This document shows positions 21,944-30,011 of a DNA stretch of 32,000 bases, in pieces; position 1 is the stretch's first letter; each line of letters opens with the position of its first letter. Origin of the DNA: Bacillus subtilis subsp. subtilis str. 168 (GTDB lineage: Bacteria; Bacillota; Bacilli; Bacillales; Bacillaceae). The translations under genes and the position numbers were made by a program. The notes under the pieces are model-generated. The model searched no databases, had not been told where the DNA came from, and saw only the letters and a list, made by a program, of their open reading frames with translations. The DNA lies in the NCBI RefSeq assembly GCF_000009045.1, contig NC_000964.3:2880001-2912000 (forward strand). Reading direction: 5' to 3'.

Positions 21944-21978
21944 AAGAAAGAGGCAGCCGGAACGCTAACCTCTTTCTT
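21944..21978 (-). terminator. Candidate terminator after gerM
   Basis: Minus strand AAGAAAGAGG-15 nt loop-CCTCTTTCTT followed by TATTCAATT, which is only a weak U-tract. Confidence 0.5.
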
Positions 21979-22001
21979 CCTAGTATATCAAAAATCCCAA
22001 T

Positions 22002-23102
22002 TTAAAAACTACCCGTATTCACTTGAGATGGTCTGGAGACCGGTTCTGTGAGCTTTTCGCCTTTTTCATTTACCAGCTCTGATTTTCCGTTCACTTTAAC
22101 AGAGACGCTTTTTACATCCGGCTGCTCCGTTAACGTCAGCACAATGCTGTTCAGCACTTCTGAAGAAATCATTTTCGTCTTCTCATCGGCGCTGCCGAAT
22201 ATAGATTGATTGAAATCCAACGTCACGCGCCCGTCTTTGATTTTCGGTTTGCTGACCAGCTTTACATCTTCACTGAAGTCTGTTAACAGCCCGCTCACCT
22301 TGCTCGGCCCTTTAGCCAATTCATTAATGGCTGCTGTGATGTCGTCTTTTTCCGAATTGTCGATTCGTTTGGTCACCGGCACGTAGTATTCACTGTCTTC
22401 ATTTTCCGCCAAATAGTAGACTGTCAGCGGATGGGTAGCAGTGAGATCATTTACACCGGCTGTTTCCAAATTAATGCCGTCTTTGCGGCTTAAATCATCT
22501 GAGATCGGCGTCCCTCCTACAGGCATCTCCTTCAGTTCATGCCCGTTTATTCTCAGCTTCACTTTATCTATCGAACTAAATTGCGTCAGCGTCCACGTCA
22601 CAGATTGAACGATTTTCTGTTCGTCTTCTTTCTTATAATTTTTGAACTCATTAGAGAAATCAGCTATCGCCGTTCCATCTTTTTTGATGTCAACGTTAAC
22701 GGTGGTGTCAGCCGGCAATACAGCTCTGAAGCCATTCGGAAGAATTTCAGACACAGGCCCGCCCTGTACGAGGTATTCAAGCGCCTGCTTAGCCGTGCTC
22801 TCACTTTTAGGAAGAGGCAGCGTTTGCGCAACAACATACCCGTTTTTATCAATGAGATAAAGCTCCCTCATAACAGTAGATGAGGCTTGATCCGCTTTTG
22901 CGGTATCGCTTTTTTCACTTTCTGTTTTTTTGGCTGCTGTTGTATTTGAATTGGCACCCGCTTCATCGTTCACGAATGTAACGTCTTGAGGCGGATCAAT
23001 TTCCTCGGCTGCCTTATCAGATTGAAACAAACCGCATCCGGATAAAAGCAAGGCAGAGGTGAGACAAGTGGCACCAATGACTGCAGGTCCTTTTTTCAGC
23101 AT
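22002..23102 (-). CDS. gerM: Spore germination lipoprotein GerM (two GerMN domains)
   Basis: 366-aa ORF with a lipoprotein signal peptide and lipobox LLLSGC. Tandem domains of similar length follow, and the sequence matches GerM. Confidence 0.96.
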   Translation of the reverse strand: MLKKGPAVIGATCLTSALLLSGCGLFQSDKAAEEIDPPQDVTFVNDEAGANSNTTAAKKTESEKSDTAKADQASSTVMRELYLIDKNGYVVAQTLPLPKSESTAKQALEYLVQGGPVSEILPNGFRAVLPADTTVNVDIKKDGTAIADFSNEFKNYKKEDEQKIVQSVTWTLTQFSSIDKVKLRINGHELKEMPVGGTPISDDLSRKDGINLETAGVNDLTATHPLTVYYLAENEDSEYYVPVTKRIDNSEKDDITAAINELAKGPSKVSGLLTDFSEDVKLVSKPKIKDGRVTLDFNQSIFGSADEKTKMISSEVLNSIVLTLTEQPDVKSVSVKVNGKSELVNEKGEKLTEPVSRPSQVNTGSF

Positions 23103-23183
23103 ACTTTTCCCTCCTAAGGATGTTTGTACTATTATGTATACGAGCCTCTTTAGGAAATAGACCGAAGAATTCCGGCAAAACAG

Positions 23184-23212
23184 AAAAAAACCCGCAACAT
23201 ACCGTTGCGGGG
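23184..23212 (-). terminator. Intrinsic terminator of racE
   Basis: Minus strand CCCGCAAC-ggtat-GTTGCGGG followed by TTTTTTT. Confidence 0.9.
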
Positions 23213-23216
23213 AAAA

Positions 23217-24035
23217 CTATCTTTTAATCGGTTCTTGCAGTGAGATACATTCCACATGCCCGACTTCATGGCCAAACCAATCGTCTGCGATTTTTGCAAA
23301 CTGATCACGCGCCCCTGTTGTCAGGAACTGATGATCCGGGGCAATCGGAGACTGGTTCAGCAGCCCTTTATAAGAGAGAATTGTGCTGACTTCCCGGGCT
23401 GTTTCATCGCCGGACGAAATAATGTTTACGTGCTCTCCCATATATCTTTGAATGGCTTCTTTTAAAATAGGGTAATGGGTGCAGCCTAAAATCAGCGAAT
23501 CAATTGATGTGTCTTTTAACGGATACAGCGAGGTTTTAACAATCTCGTCTGCTGTTTTGTCGAGAAACTTCCCGCTTTCCACAAAAGGCACAAGCAGCGG
23601 GCAGGCAAGGTTTTCAACCTTCAAATCAGGGTTTAATGCCAAAAGCGCTTCTTCGTATGCATTGCTCTTAATCGTATTCTCTGTGCCGATGACACCGATA
23701 TGCTGATTATCCGTCACTTTTATCGCTGCTCTCGCACCAGGCTGGATGACTCCGACCACCGGTATACCGACGCTGCGCTGGATGTCATCCAAAGCGATCG
23801 CTGTTGCTGTATTACAGGCGATCACGAGCATTTTGATGTGGTGGTTTTCGAGTAAATAATTCGTCAGCTCCCACGTATATTGAAGCACCTCTTCTTCAGG
23901 GCGCGGCCCGTAAGGACACCGTTTCGTATCCCCGACGTAGATAATATTTTCTTTAGGTAGCTGTCTCATGATTTCCTTCGCAACGGTTAAACCGCCAACC
24001 CCGGAATCAATGACTCCTATTGGTTGTTCCAACAA
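23217..24035 (-). CDS. racE: Glutamate racemase
   Basis: 272-aa ORF with DSGVGGLTV and the catalytic cysteine motifs ACNTA and GCTHYP. Confidence 0.98.
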
Positions 24036-24042
24036 AATCGCC

Positions 24043-24483
24043 TCATTTTCTCTTCATTTCATGCTGCAGTTTCATCAAAGATTTTTCGAAGATGGCTATT
24101 TCTTCATCTGTAAACGATTCGAACATATCACGCAGATATTCCTGTCTTTTTGTAATGACCTCTTGGATAATCCGTTCTCCTTCAGGCAGCAGATGTATCC
24201 TGACAACACGTCTGTCCGCCGGGTCCTTGACCCGCTCAACAAGCTCATTTTTTTGCATGCGGTCGATTAAGTCCGTTGTCGTGCTGCATGCCAGATACAT
24301 TTTGCCCGATAATTCACCGATTGTCATATCTCCTAATTCATAAAGCCATTGCAAGCCGACAAATTGCGGCGGCGTAATCGCATATTGGTTAAGGATTTCT
24401 CGTCCTTTTTGCTTAATGATCGCGGCAATGTGGCGGAGTGACTTTTCAATATCCGCAACATGCTCCAAAGGTTTTGATGTCAT
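24043..24483 (-). CDS. ysmB: MarR-family transcriptional regulator YsmB
   Basis: Winged-helix MarR-like sequence ([25 protein letters not shown]...DRRVVRIHL). The ATG at 24483 (MTSKPLEH) has GAGGGA 7 nt upstream, and the GTG-initiated 5-codon extension is less likely. The gene ends 7 nt before racE. Confidence 0.92.
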   Translation of the reverse strand: MTSKPLEHVADIEKSLRHIAAIIKQKGREILNQYAITPPQFVGLQWLYELGDMTIGELSGKMYLACSTTTDLIDRMQKNELVERVKDPADRRVVRIHLLPEGERIIQEVITKRQEYLRDMFESFTDEEIAIFEKSLMKLQHEMKRK

Positions 24484-24624
24484 TTGTCCATCCCTCACTC
24501 AAGGATCTCTTACGCACAAAAGCGTTCCGTGTCTATTTTCCTTCTTTTTTGAAGAAAATGCAAGACTCGCAGGAGAGAAATAGAGGACTTTAGTCAAACA
24601 ACATCAAGAAATAAAATTTAATTT

Positions 24625-24690
24625 ATGACTTGCCTACGTTTTGCACAGCATTCCAAATATGGTTTCGAATGTTCCAAACAAACAGCAATA
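24625..24690 (-). pseudogene. Relic of a gerE-like (LuxR-type HTH) coding sequence, recognition-helix portion only
   Basis: Minus-strand frame ...RLLLFVWNIRNHIWNAVQNVGKS* aligns with Ger[30 protein letters not shown] 24643-24675 is 25/33 identical to gerE 24798-24830, including an exact 15-mer (24655-24669 = 24810-24824). There is no start codon or SD. Confidence 0.5.
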
Positions 24691-24691
24691 A

Positions 24692-24722
24692 CCGGCTCCT
24701 TCCAAAAGAAGGAATACCGGCA
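24692..24722 (-). terminator. Candidate intrinsic terminator of gerE
   Basis: Minus strand CCGG-tat-TCCTTC-ttttg-GAAGGA-g-CCGG followed by TTATTGCTGTTTGTTT. Confidence 0.55.
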
Positions 24723-24726
24723 AGGA

Positions 24727-24951
24727 TTAAAGCTCTAGCTCACCCATTCTAAGAAGCTCAACAACGGCTTGCGAACGCCCTTTCACACCCAATTTCTGCA
24801 TGGCATTTGAAATATGGTTTCGAACGGTTTTCTCACTGATAAATAGCTCGCTTGCAATCTCCTTTGTTGTCTTATCTTGAACGAGCAATTCGAACACTTC
24901 TCTTTCTCTTTTCGTTAGCAGCGGCTTCGATTGAAATTCTTTCTCCTTCAA
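24727..24951 (-). CDS. gerE: Late sporulation transcriptional regulator GerE (LuxR/FixJ-type HTH)
   Basis: 74-aa [59 protein letters not shown]. The TTG start has AAGGAGGG 9 nt upstream. Confidence 0.97.
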   Translation of the reverse strand: MKEKEFQSKPLLTKREREVFELLVQDKTTKEIASELFISEKTVRNHISNAMQKLGVKGRSQAVVELLRMGELEL

Positions 24952-25017
24952 GTATTGTAACCCTCCTTGCTAAGGTGAGAGCGAATCAGAAACGAATGGG
25001 TTTTGATATAGTCGAGA

Positions 25018-25047
25018 TATCATATGTAAGAAGGGCGCAGGAGGTGA
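25018..25047 (-). promoter_or_regulatory. Sigma-K-type promoter of gerE (AC-N17-CATATGATA)
   Basis: Minus strand gtCAC-ctcctgcgcccttctta-CATATGATA matches AC-N17-CATAnnnTA. The -10 ends about 65 nt upstream of the gerE start. gerE is known to be sigma-K dependent. Confidence 0.7.
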
Positions 25048-25066
25048 CGTTTACAAGATAATTAGT

Positions 25067-25510
25067 TTATCGTGTATGAAGAAGCGTTTCTTTCTCCTCA
25101 TCCGTCCAGCTGACAGCCTTGCCGCTTTCCTTTGAGACTTGAACCATCACGACTGCCCCGGTGAAGCAGGGTTCGCCTTCGAGGTTCTCTCCGAGATAGT
25201 GCAAGGTAAGAGATGAACTGCCGACTGCGCTTGTTTTCACATAGATGCGCAACTCTTCATAAGGCATGACTTGGCGCAAATAATCGCATTGCTGGCTTGC
25301 CACGACTGTCATGGTCTGTTTGTTTTCACTCATCATATTCAGCTTTTTAAAATAAGAAATCCGCACCTCCTCAAAATATATAAAAGGGGTTACATTATTC
25401 ATATGCCCAAACATGTCTGTCTCGGAAAATCTTACGGATACCTTATTGAAAAAAGAAAAGGATGTTTTCCATTCTTGAAACGGCATATCAATATAAGCGG
25501 GAAGCTTCAT
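25067..25510 (-). CDS. ysmA: Hotdog-fold (4HBT/YbgC-like) putative acyl-CoA thioesterase YsmA
   Basis: 147-aa ORF with the motif VRFSETDMFGHMNNVTPFIYFEEVRISYF, typical of 4-hydroxybenzoyl-CoA thioesterase-like proteins. An AAGGAG SD is present. Confidence 0.88.
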   Translation of the reverse strand: MKLPAYIDMPFQEWKTSFSFFNKVSVRFSETDMFGHMNNVTPFIYFEEVRISYFKKLNMMSENKQTMTVVASQQCDYLRQVMPYEELRIYVKTSAVGSSSLTLHYLGENLEGEPCFTGAVVMVQVSKESGKAVSWTDEEKETLLHTR

Positions 25511-25533
25511 CTTTTTTCATCTCCTTATTGTTT

Positions 25534-25567
25534 AAAAAAACCTCTCCCATGCGGAAGAGGTTTTTTC
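25534..25567 (-). terminator. Intrinsic terminator of the sdhCAB operon
   Basis: Minus strand AACCTCTTCCgcatGGGAGAGGTT is flanked by A-runs and T-runs, and TTTTTTT follows on the minus strand. Confidence 0.85.
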
Positions 25568-25570
25568 TTC

Positions 25571-26332
25571 TTATACTCTGTCGCTTCCGAAGAAATTGCG
25601 GAACGCTTGTAAGTTTGTATCTCTATTCAAGGCTGCAATCGAAGTGGTAAGCGGAATCCCCTTCGGACAGGATTGAACACAGTTTTGCGAGTTGCCGCAA
25701 TCTGCAAGGCCGCCTTCATCCATTAATGCTTCTAATCGTTCAGATTTATTCATGGCGCCTGTCGGATGCGCGTTAAACAGGCGGACTTGCGACATCGGTG
25801 CAGGCCCCATGAACTTCGATTTGCTGTTCACATTCGGGCAAGCTTCGAGGCAGACGCCGCATGTCATGCATTTTGATAATTCATATGCCCATTGACGACG
25901 TTTTTCCGGCATTCTCGGCCCCGGTCCTAAATCGTACGTACCGTCAATCGGTATCCACGCTTTTACTTTTTTCAATGAATCAAACATTCTGCTGCGATCA
26001 ACCTGCAAATCACGAACGACTGGGAATGTTTTCATTGGTTTTAAACGGATTGGCTGTTCAAGCTGGTCAATAAGCGCCGTACAAGACTGGCGGGGTTTTC
26101 CGTTTATAACCATTGAACATGCGCCGCATACTTCCTCAAGACAGTTCATATCCCATGTGACAGGGGTTGTCTTCTCACCTTTGACATTAACCGGATTCCG
26201 GCGGATTTCCATCAGAGCGGAAATGACGTTCAGATTCGGGCGGTATGGAATCTCAAATTCTTCATCATAAGGCGTGCTGTCAGCTGTATCTTGACGTGTG
26301 ATAATAAATCGTATGGTTTTTTGTTCACTCAT
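25571..26332 (-). CDS. sdhB: Succinate dehydrogenase iron-sulfur subunit
   Basis: 253-aa ORF with three Cys clusters (CLEEVCGACSMVING, CMTCGVCLEACP, CGNSQNCVQSCP). Confidence 0.98.
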   Translation of the reverse strand: MSEQKTIRFIITRQDTADSTPYDEEFEIPYRPNLNVISALMEIRRNPVNVKGEKTTPVTWDMNCLEEVCGACSMVINGKPRQSCTALIDQLEQPIRLKPMKTFPVVRDLQVDRSRMFDSLKKVKAWIPIDGTYDLGPGPRMPEKRRQWAYELSKCMTCGVCLEACPNVNSKSKFMGPAPMSQVRLFNAHPTGAMNKSERLEALMDEGGLADCGNSQNCVQSCPKGIPLTTSIAALNRDTNLQAFRNFFGSDRV

Positions 26333-26334
26333 GA

Positions 26335-28095
26335 TTATTTCGCCACCTTCTTCTTCGAGTAATCCCGTTTCCGAGGCGTTATCAGTGATACATCGACATC
26401 CTGATACTCAAATTCCGGCGCTTCATACGGGCTTACATGTTTAGCCATTGTTGTTTTGAGCCATTCATCATCATTACGTTCAGGATAATCCGGTTTATAA
26501 TGGGCGCCCCGGCTTTCATTACGGTTGTATGCGCCAAGGGTAATCACCCTCGCAAGCTGAAGCATGTTCGAGAACTGGCGTGTGAACATCGCTCCCTGGT
26601 TGCTCCATTTTGTCGTGTCATTGATGTTGATCTTTTTGAAGCGCTCCATTAACTCCTGAATTTTGTCATCCGTTTTCAAAAGCTTGTCATTATGGCGGAC
26701 AACCGTTACGTTCGCCGTCATCCACTCACCGAGCTCTTTGTGAAGAACATAGGCATTTTCGGTTCCGTCCATACTCATAATATCAGCCCATTTTTCTTCT
26801 TCTTTCTTAACGTGAGCGTCGAATAAAGATGAAGACATGTCTTCCGCTGAAGATTCTAAGCCGTTTACATATTTCACCGCATTCGGACCGGCCACCATGC
26901 CTCCGTAAATCGCAGACAGCAGGGAGTTCGCTCCCAAGCGGTTGCCGCCGTGCATAGAATAATCACATTCCCCAGCCGCAAACAGTCCAGGGATATTTGT
27001 CATTTGATCGTAATCCACCCATAAACCGCCCATAGAATAATGGACCGCCGGGAAGATTTTCATTGGAAGCTTACGCGGGTCGTCTCCCATGAATTTCTCA
27101 TAAATCTCAATGATGCCGCCAAGCTTAATATCAAGCTCTTTCGGATCTTTATGAGACAGATCGAGATATACCATGTTTTCACCGTTAATACCGAGCTTCT
27201 GGTTCACACACACATCAAATATTTCGCGTGTCGCAATATCACGCGGCACCAGGTTTCCGTATGCCGGATATTTTTCCTCCAGGAAATACCATGGTTTGCC
27301 GTCTTTATATGTCCACACGCGCCCGCCTTCACCACGCGCTGATTCACTCATCAGTCTTAGTTTGTCATCGCCCGGTATGGCTGTCGGGTGGATTTGAATG
27401 AATTCTCCGTTTGCATAATACGCTCCCTGCTGATAAACGATTGACGCAGCAGATCCTGTATTAATCATGGAGTTCGTTGATTTTCCAAAGATGATTCCCG
27501 GTCCGCCCGTCGCCATAATGACAGCGTCTGAACGGAAGGATTCAATTTGCATGTTTGTCAGGTTTTGTGCAACAATTCCGCGGCAGGTTCTGTCATCATC
27601 TAAAACAGCGCCAAGGAATTCCCAGCCTTCGTATTTTGTGACCAGACCCGCAACTTCGTATCTGCGCACTTGCTCGTCCAGTGCGTAAAGCAGCTGCTGT
27701 CCCGTCGTCGCACCAGCATAAGCAGTTCTGTGGTGCTGTGTACCCCCGAATCGGCGGAAATCAAGCAGGCCTTCAGGCGTCCGGTTAAACATGACGCCCA
27801 TCCGGTCTAATAAGTGGATGATCGAAGGCGCCGCTTCACACATCGCCTTGACCGGCGGCTGGTTGGCAAGAAAGTCTCCCCCGTATACCGTGTCATCAAA
27901 ATGTTCCCACGGAGAGTCACCTTCCCCTTTTGTATTGACCGCTCCGTTTATGCCGCCTTGCGCACAAACTGAATGAGAACGTTTGACAGGAACGATGGAA
28001 AACAATTTAACCGCCATTCCTGATTCCGCTGCTTTAATTGTCGCCATGAGGCCGGCAAGACCCCCGCCGACTACGATAATGCTTGATTGACTCAT
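26335..28095 (-). CDS. sdhA: Succinate dehydrogenase flavoprotein subunit
   Basis: 586-aa ORF with the FAD-binding VVGGGLAGL motif and the covalent-FAD His region RSHSVCAQGG. Confidence 0.98.
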   Translation of the reverse strand: MSQSSIIVVGGGLAGLMATIKAAESGMAVKLFSIVPVKRSHSVCAQGGINGAVNTKGEGDSPWEHFDDTVYGGDFLANQPPVKAMCEAAPSIIHLLDRMGVMFNRTPEGLLDFRRFGGTQHHRTAYAGATTGQQLLYALDEQVRRYEVAGLVTKYEGWEFLGAVLDDDRTCRGIVAQNLTNMQIESFRSDAVIMATGGPGIIFGKSTNSMINTGSAASIVYQQGAYYANGEFIQIHPTAIPGDDKLRLMSESARGEGGRVWTYKDGKPWYFLEEKYPAYGNLVPRDIATREIFDVCVNQKLGINGENMVYLDLSHKDPKELDIKLGGIIEIYEKFMGDDPRKLPMKIFPAVHYSMGGLWVDYDQMTNIPGLFAAGECDYSMHGGNRLGANSLLSAIYGGMVAGPNAVKYVNGLESSAEDMSSSLFDAHVKKEEEKWADIMSMDGTENAYVLHKELGEWMTANVTVVRHNDKLLKTDDKIQELMERFKKININDTTKWSNQGAMFTRQFSNMLQLARVITLGAYNRNESRGAHYKPDYPERNDDEWLKTTMAKHVSPYEAPEFEYQDVDVSLITPRKRDYSKKKVAK

Positions 28096-28128
28096 GATAG
28101 CCCCTCTCCCTCTAGTAATCTAGTACTC

Positions 28129-28737
28129 TTAAACAAATGCAAAAATCGCTTTTAAGCCTACGTATGACAGTGCAACAAAAATAATCAGCGTAACGTATGT
28201 CGAAATTCTTTGAGAACGAGGCGTTACCGTGATGCCCCATGTAACAGCGAAAGACCATAAACCGTTCGAGAAGTGGAAAATTGTTGATAAAACACCGACA
28301 ATGTAAAAACCAAGCATAGCCGGAGAGCTCAAAATATTCGCCATCATGTCGAAATTGACCTCAGCACCCATTTGTGCGGCAATGCGGGTTTCCCACACGT
28401 GCCAGCTGACGAAAATGAGGGTGATGATACCGGTTACACGCTGCAGGACGAATAGCCAGTTTCTCATGTAGCTGTATTGACCGGCGTTATTTTTCGCAGT
28501 AAACGCTATGTACACACCATAAACTGCATGATAAATTAATGGTAAGAAGATAATAAAAATTTCCAAGGCATACCTGAAAGGCAGGCTATCCATAAAATGA
28601 GCAGCGCTATTGAATGCTTCAGCGCCCCTTGCGGCAAACTGGTTGACGACTAAATGCTGAATAAGAAAGATGCCGACCGGTATGACGCCAAGCAAGGAAT
28701 GCAATCTTCGAAAATAAAACTCTCTGTTCCCAGACAT
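28129..28737 (-). CDS. sdhC: Succinate dehydrogenase cytochrome b558 membrane subunit
   Basis: 202-aa ORF with five hydrophobic helices and conserved His residues. It is the first gene of sdhCAB. Confidence 0.97.
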   Translation of the reverse strand: MSGNREFYFRRLHSLLGVIPVGIFLIQHLVVNQFAARGAEAFNSAAHFMDSLPFRYALEIFIIFLPLIYHAVYGVYIAFTAKNNAGQYSYMRNWLFVLQRVTGIITLIFVSWHVWETRIAAQMGAEVNFDMMANILSSPAMLGFYIVGVLSTIFHFSNGLWSFAVTWGITVTPRSQRISTYVTLIIFVALSYVGLKAIFAFV

Positions 28738-28833
28738 TACTTTACCCCCTGTTTGATAAGTGCGAAATGTGCTAAATCTCTTCCCCCACTTCTTTCAATT
28801 GTAAGCACTTTATTAAGATTTATTGACAATTTC

Positions 28834-28862
28834 ATTTTACTCCTCCCTCAAAAGGGCGTCAA
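28834..28862 (-). promoter_or_regulatory. Sigma-A promoter of sdhCAB (-35 TTGACG, 17 nt, -10 TAAAAT)
   Basis: TTGACG is the reverse complement of 28857-28862 and TAAAAT of 28834-28839. The implied leader of about 90 nt agrees with my recollection of the mapped sdh start site. Confidence 0.75.
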
Positions 28863-29029
28863 GAAAACGCGTACATAAATTATAATTTTCCGAATTGATT
28901 AGTTGATTGAAAAATTTTATTTTATCAATATATATTTCTTGCTTAATTTTTCATAAGAATTACAGGATCATTCTGTAATCCTCCCCCCTGTTTGAGCTAT
29001 AATATACGCAGGAGAGAGGGGAGACAGAT

Positions 29030-29476
29030 ATGAAGTCTAAATTTGAAGCATCTATTGACAACCTAAAAGAAATTGAAATGAACGCTTATGCCTACGAACT
29101 AATACGAGAGATCGTTCTCCCAGATATGCTTGGCCAAGATTACTCTTCCATGATGTATTGGGCAGGAAAACATCTCGCCCGTAAGTTTCCTCTTGAATCA
29201 TGGGAGGAATTTCCGGCCTTCTTTGAAGAAGCGGGCTGGGGAACCCTCACCAACGTAAGCGCTAAAAAACAGGAGCTTGAATTTGAACTTGAAGGGCCGA
29301 TCATTTCCAACCGGCTTAAGCATCAGAAAGAACCTTGCTTTCAGCTGGAGGCTGGTTTTATCGCTGAACAAATTCAATTGATGAATGATCAGATTGCCGA
29401 ATCATATGAACAAGTGAAAAAGAGAGCCGATAAAGTGGTTCTGACTGTGAAATGGGATATGAAAGACCCAGTGTAA
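29030..29476 (+). CDS. yslB: Conserved uncharacterised protein YslB (DUF2507-type)
   Basis: 148-aa ORF with a GAGAGGGGAG SD. I recognise the sequence as YslB. No catalytic motif is evident. Confidence 0.9.
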   Translation: MKSKFEASIDNLKEIEMNAYAYELIREIVLPDMLGQDYSSMMYWAGKHLARKFPLESWEEFPAFFEEAGWGTLTNVSAKKQELEFELEGPIISNRLKHQKEPCFQLEAGFIAEQIQLMNDQIAESYEQVKKRADKVVLTVKWDMKDPV

Positions 29477-29477
29477 T

Positions 29478-29511
29478 CAAAAAGGCGGTGACTGCATAGT
29501 CCCGCCTTTTT
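29478..29511. terminator. Bidirectional terminator between convergent yslB and lysC
   Basis: AAAAAGGCGGtGAC-tgcata-GTCCCGCCTTTTT, with A/T runs on both sides. Confidence 0.85.
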
Positions 29512-29519
29512 GATTGTCA

Positions 29520-30011
29520 TTACACAGCTGAAGGGTGTTTTGAAAGCTCAAATGCATCGTGAAGCGACTCGACTGCTTTCACCATGTCATTTTCGCTTAC
29601 GACTGTTGACACTTTGATTTCAGATGTGCTGACCATTTTGATTAAAATGTTTTTTTGCGCCAGTACAGCAAACATTTCAGCCGCTACACCGGGATTTGAG
29701 ACCATGCCGGATCCAACAATAGATACTTTAGCCAATTTGCTTTCTGTCTCGATTTTCTCAAATTCCAGCGCGTCTTTATACTCTTCAAGCACCGCAACGG
29801 TTTGGTCTGCATCTTCTGTTTTGACAGAGAAGGAAATTCCAGTCTTGTCCTCGGCCTGCGTTTGGATAATGATATCCACGTTTATGTTTCTTTTGGCAAG
29901 TGTTGTAAAAATAGTAGACAAAGTTGTCAGGCCGCTAGTCAGCCCGTAAATGGTTACTCTTGTGATTTGATCTTCAAATGCAATGCCTCTGACAATTAAA
30001 TTCTGTTCCAT
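29520..30011 (-). CDS. lysC: Aspartokinase II beta subunit, in-frame internal translation start within lysC
   Basis: The internal ATG at 30011 (MEQNLIVRGIAF...) is preceded by GAGGAGG 8 nt upstream inside the alpha reading frame. The 163-aa product corresponds to the ACT-domain region. B. subtilis aspartokinase II is known to have in-phase overlapping alpha and beta subunits. Confidence 0.8.
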   Translation of the reverse strand: MEQNLIVRGIAFEDQITRVTIYGLTSGLTTLSTIFTTLAKRNINVDIIIQTQAEDKTGISFSVKTEDADQTVAVLEEYKDALEFEKIETESKLAKVSIVGSGMVSNPGVAAEMFAVLAQKNILIKMVSTSEIKVSTVVSENDMVKAVESLHDAFELSKHPSAV

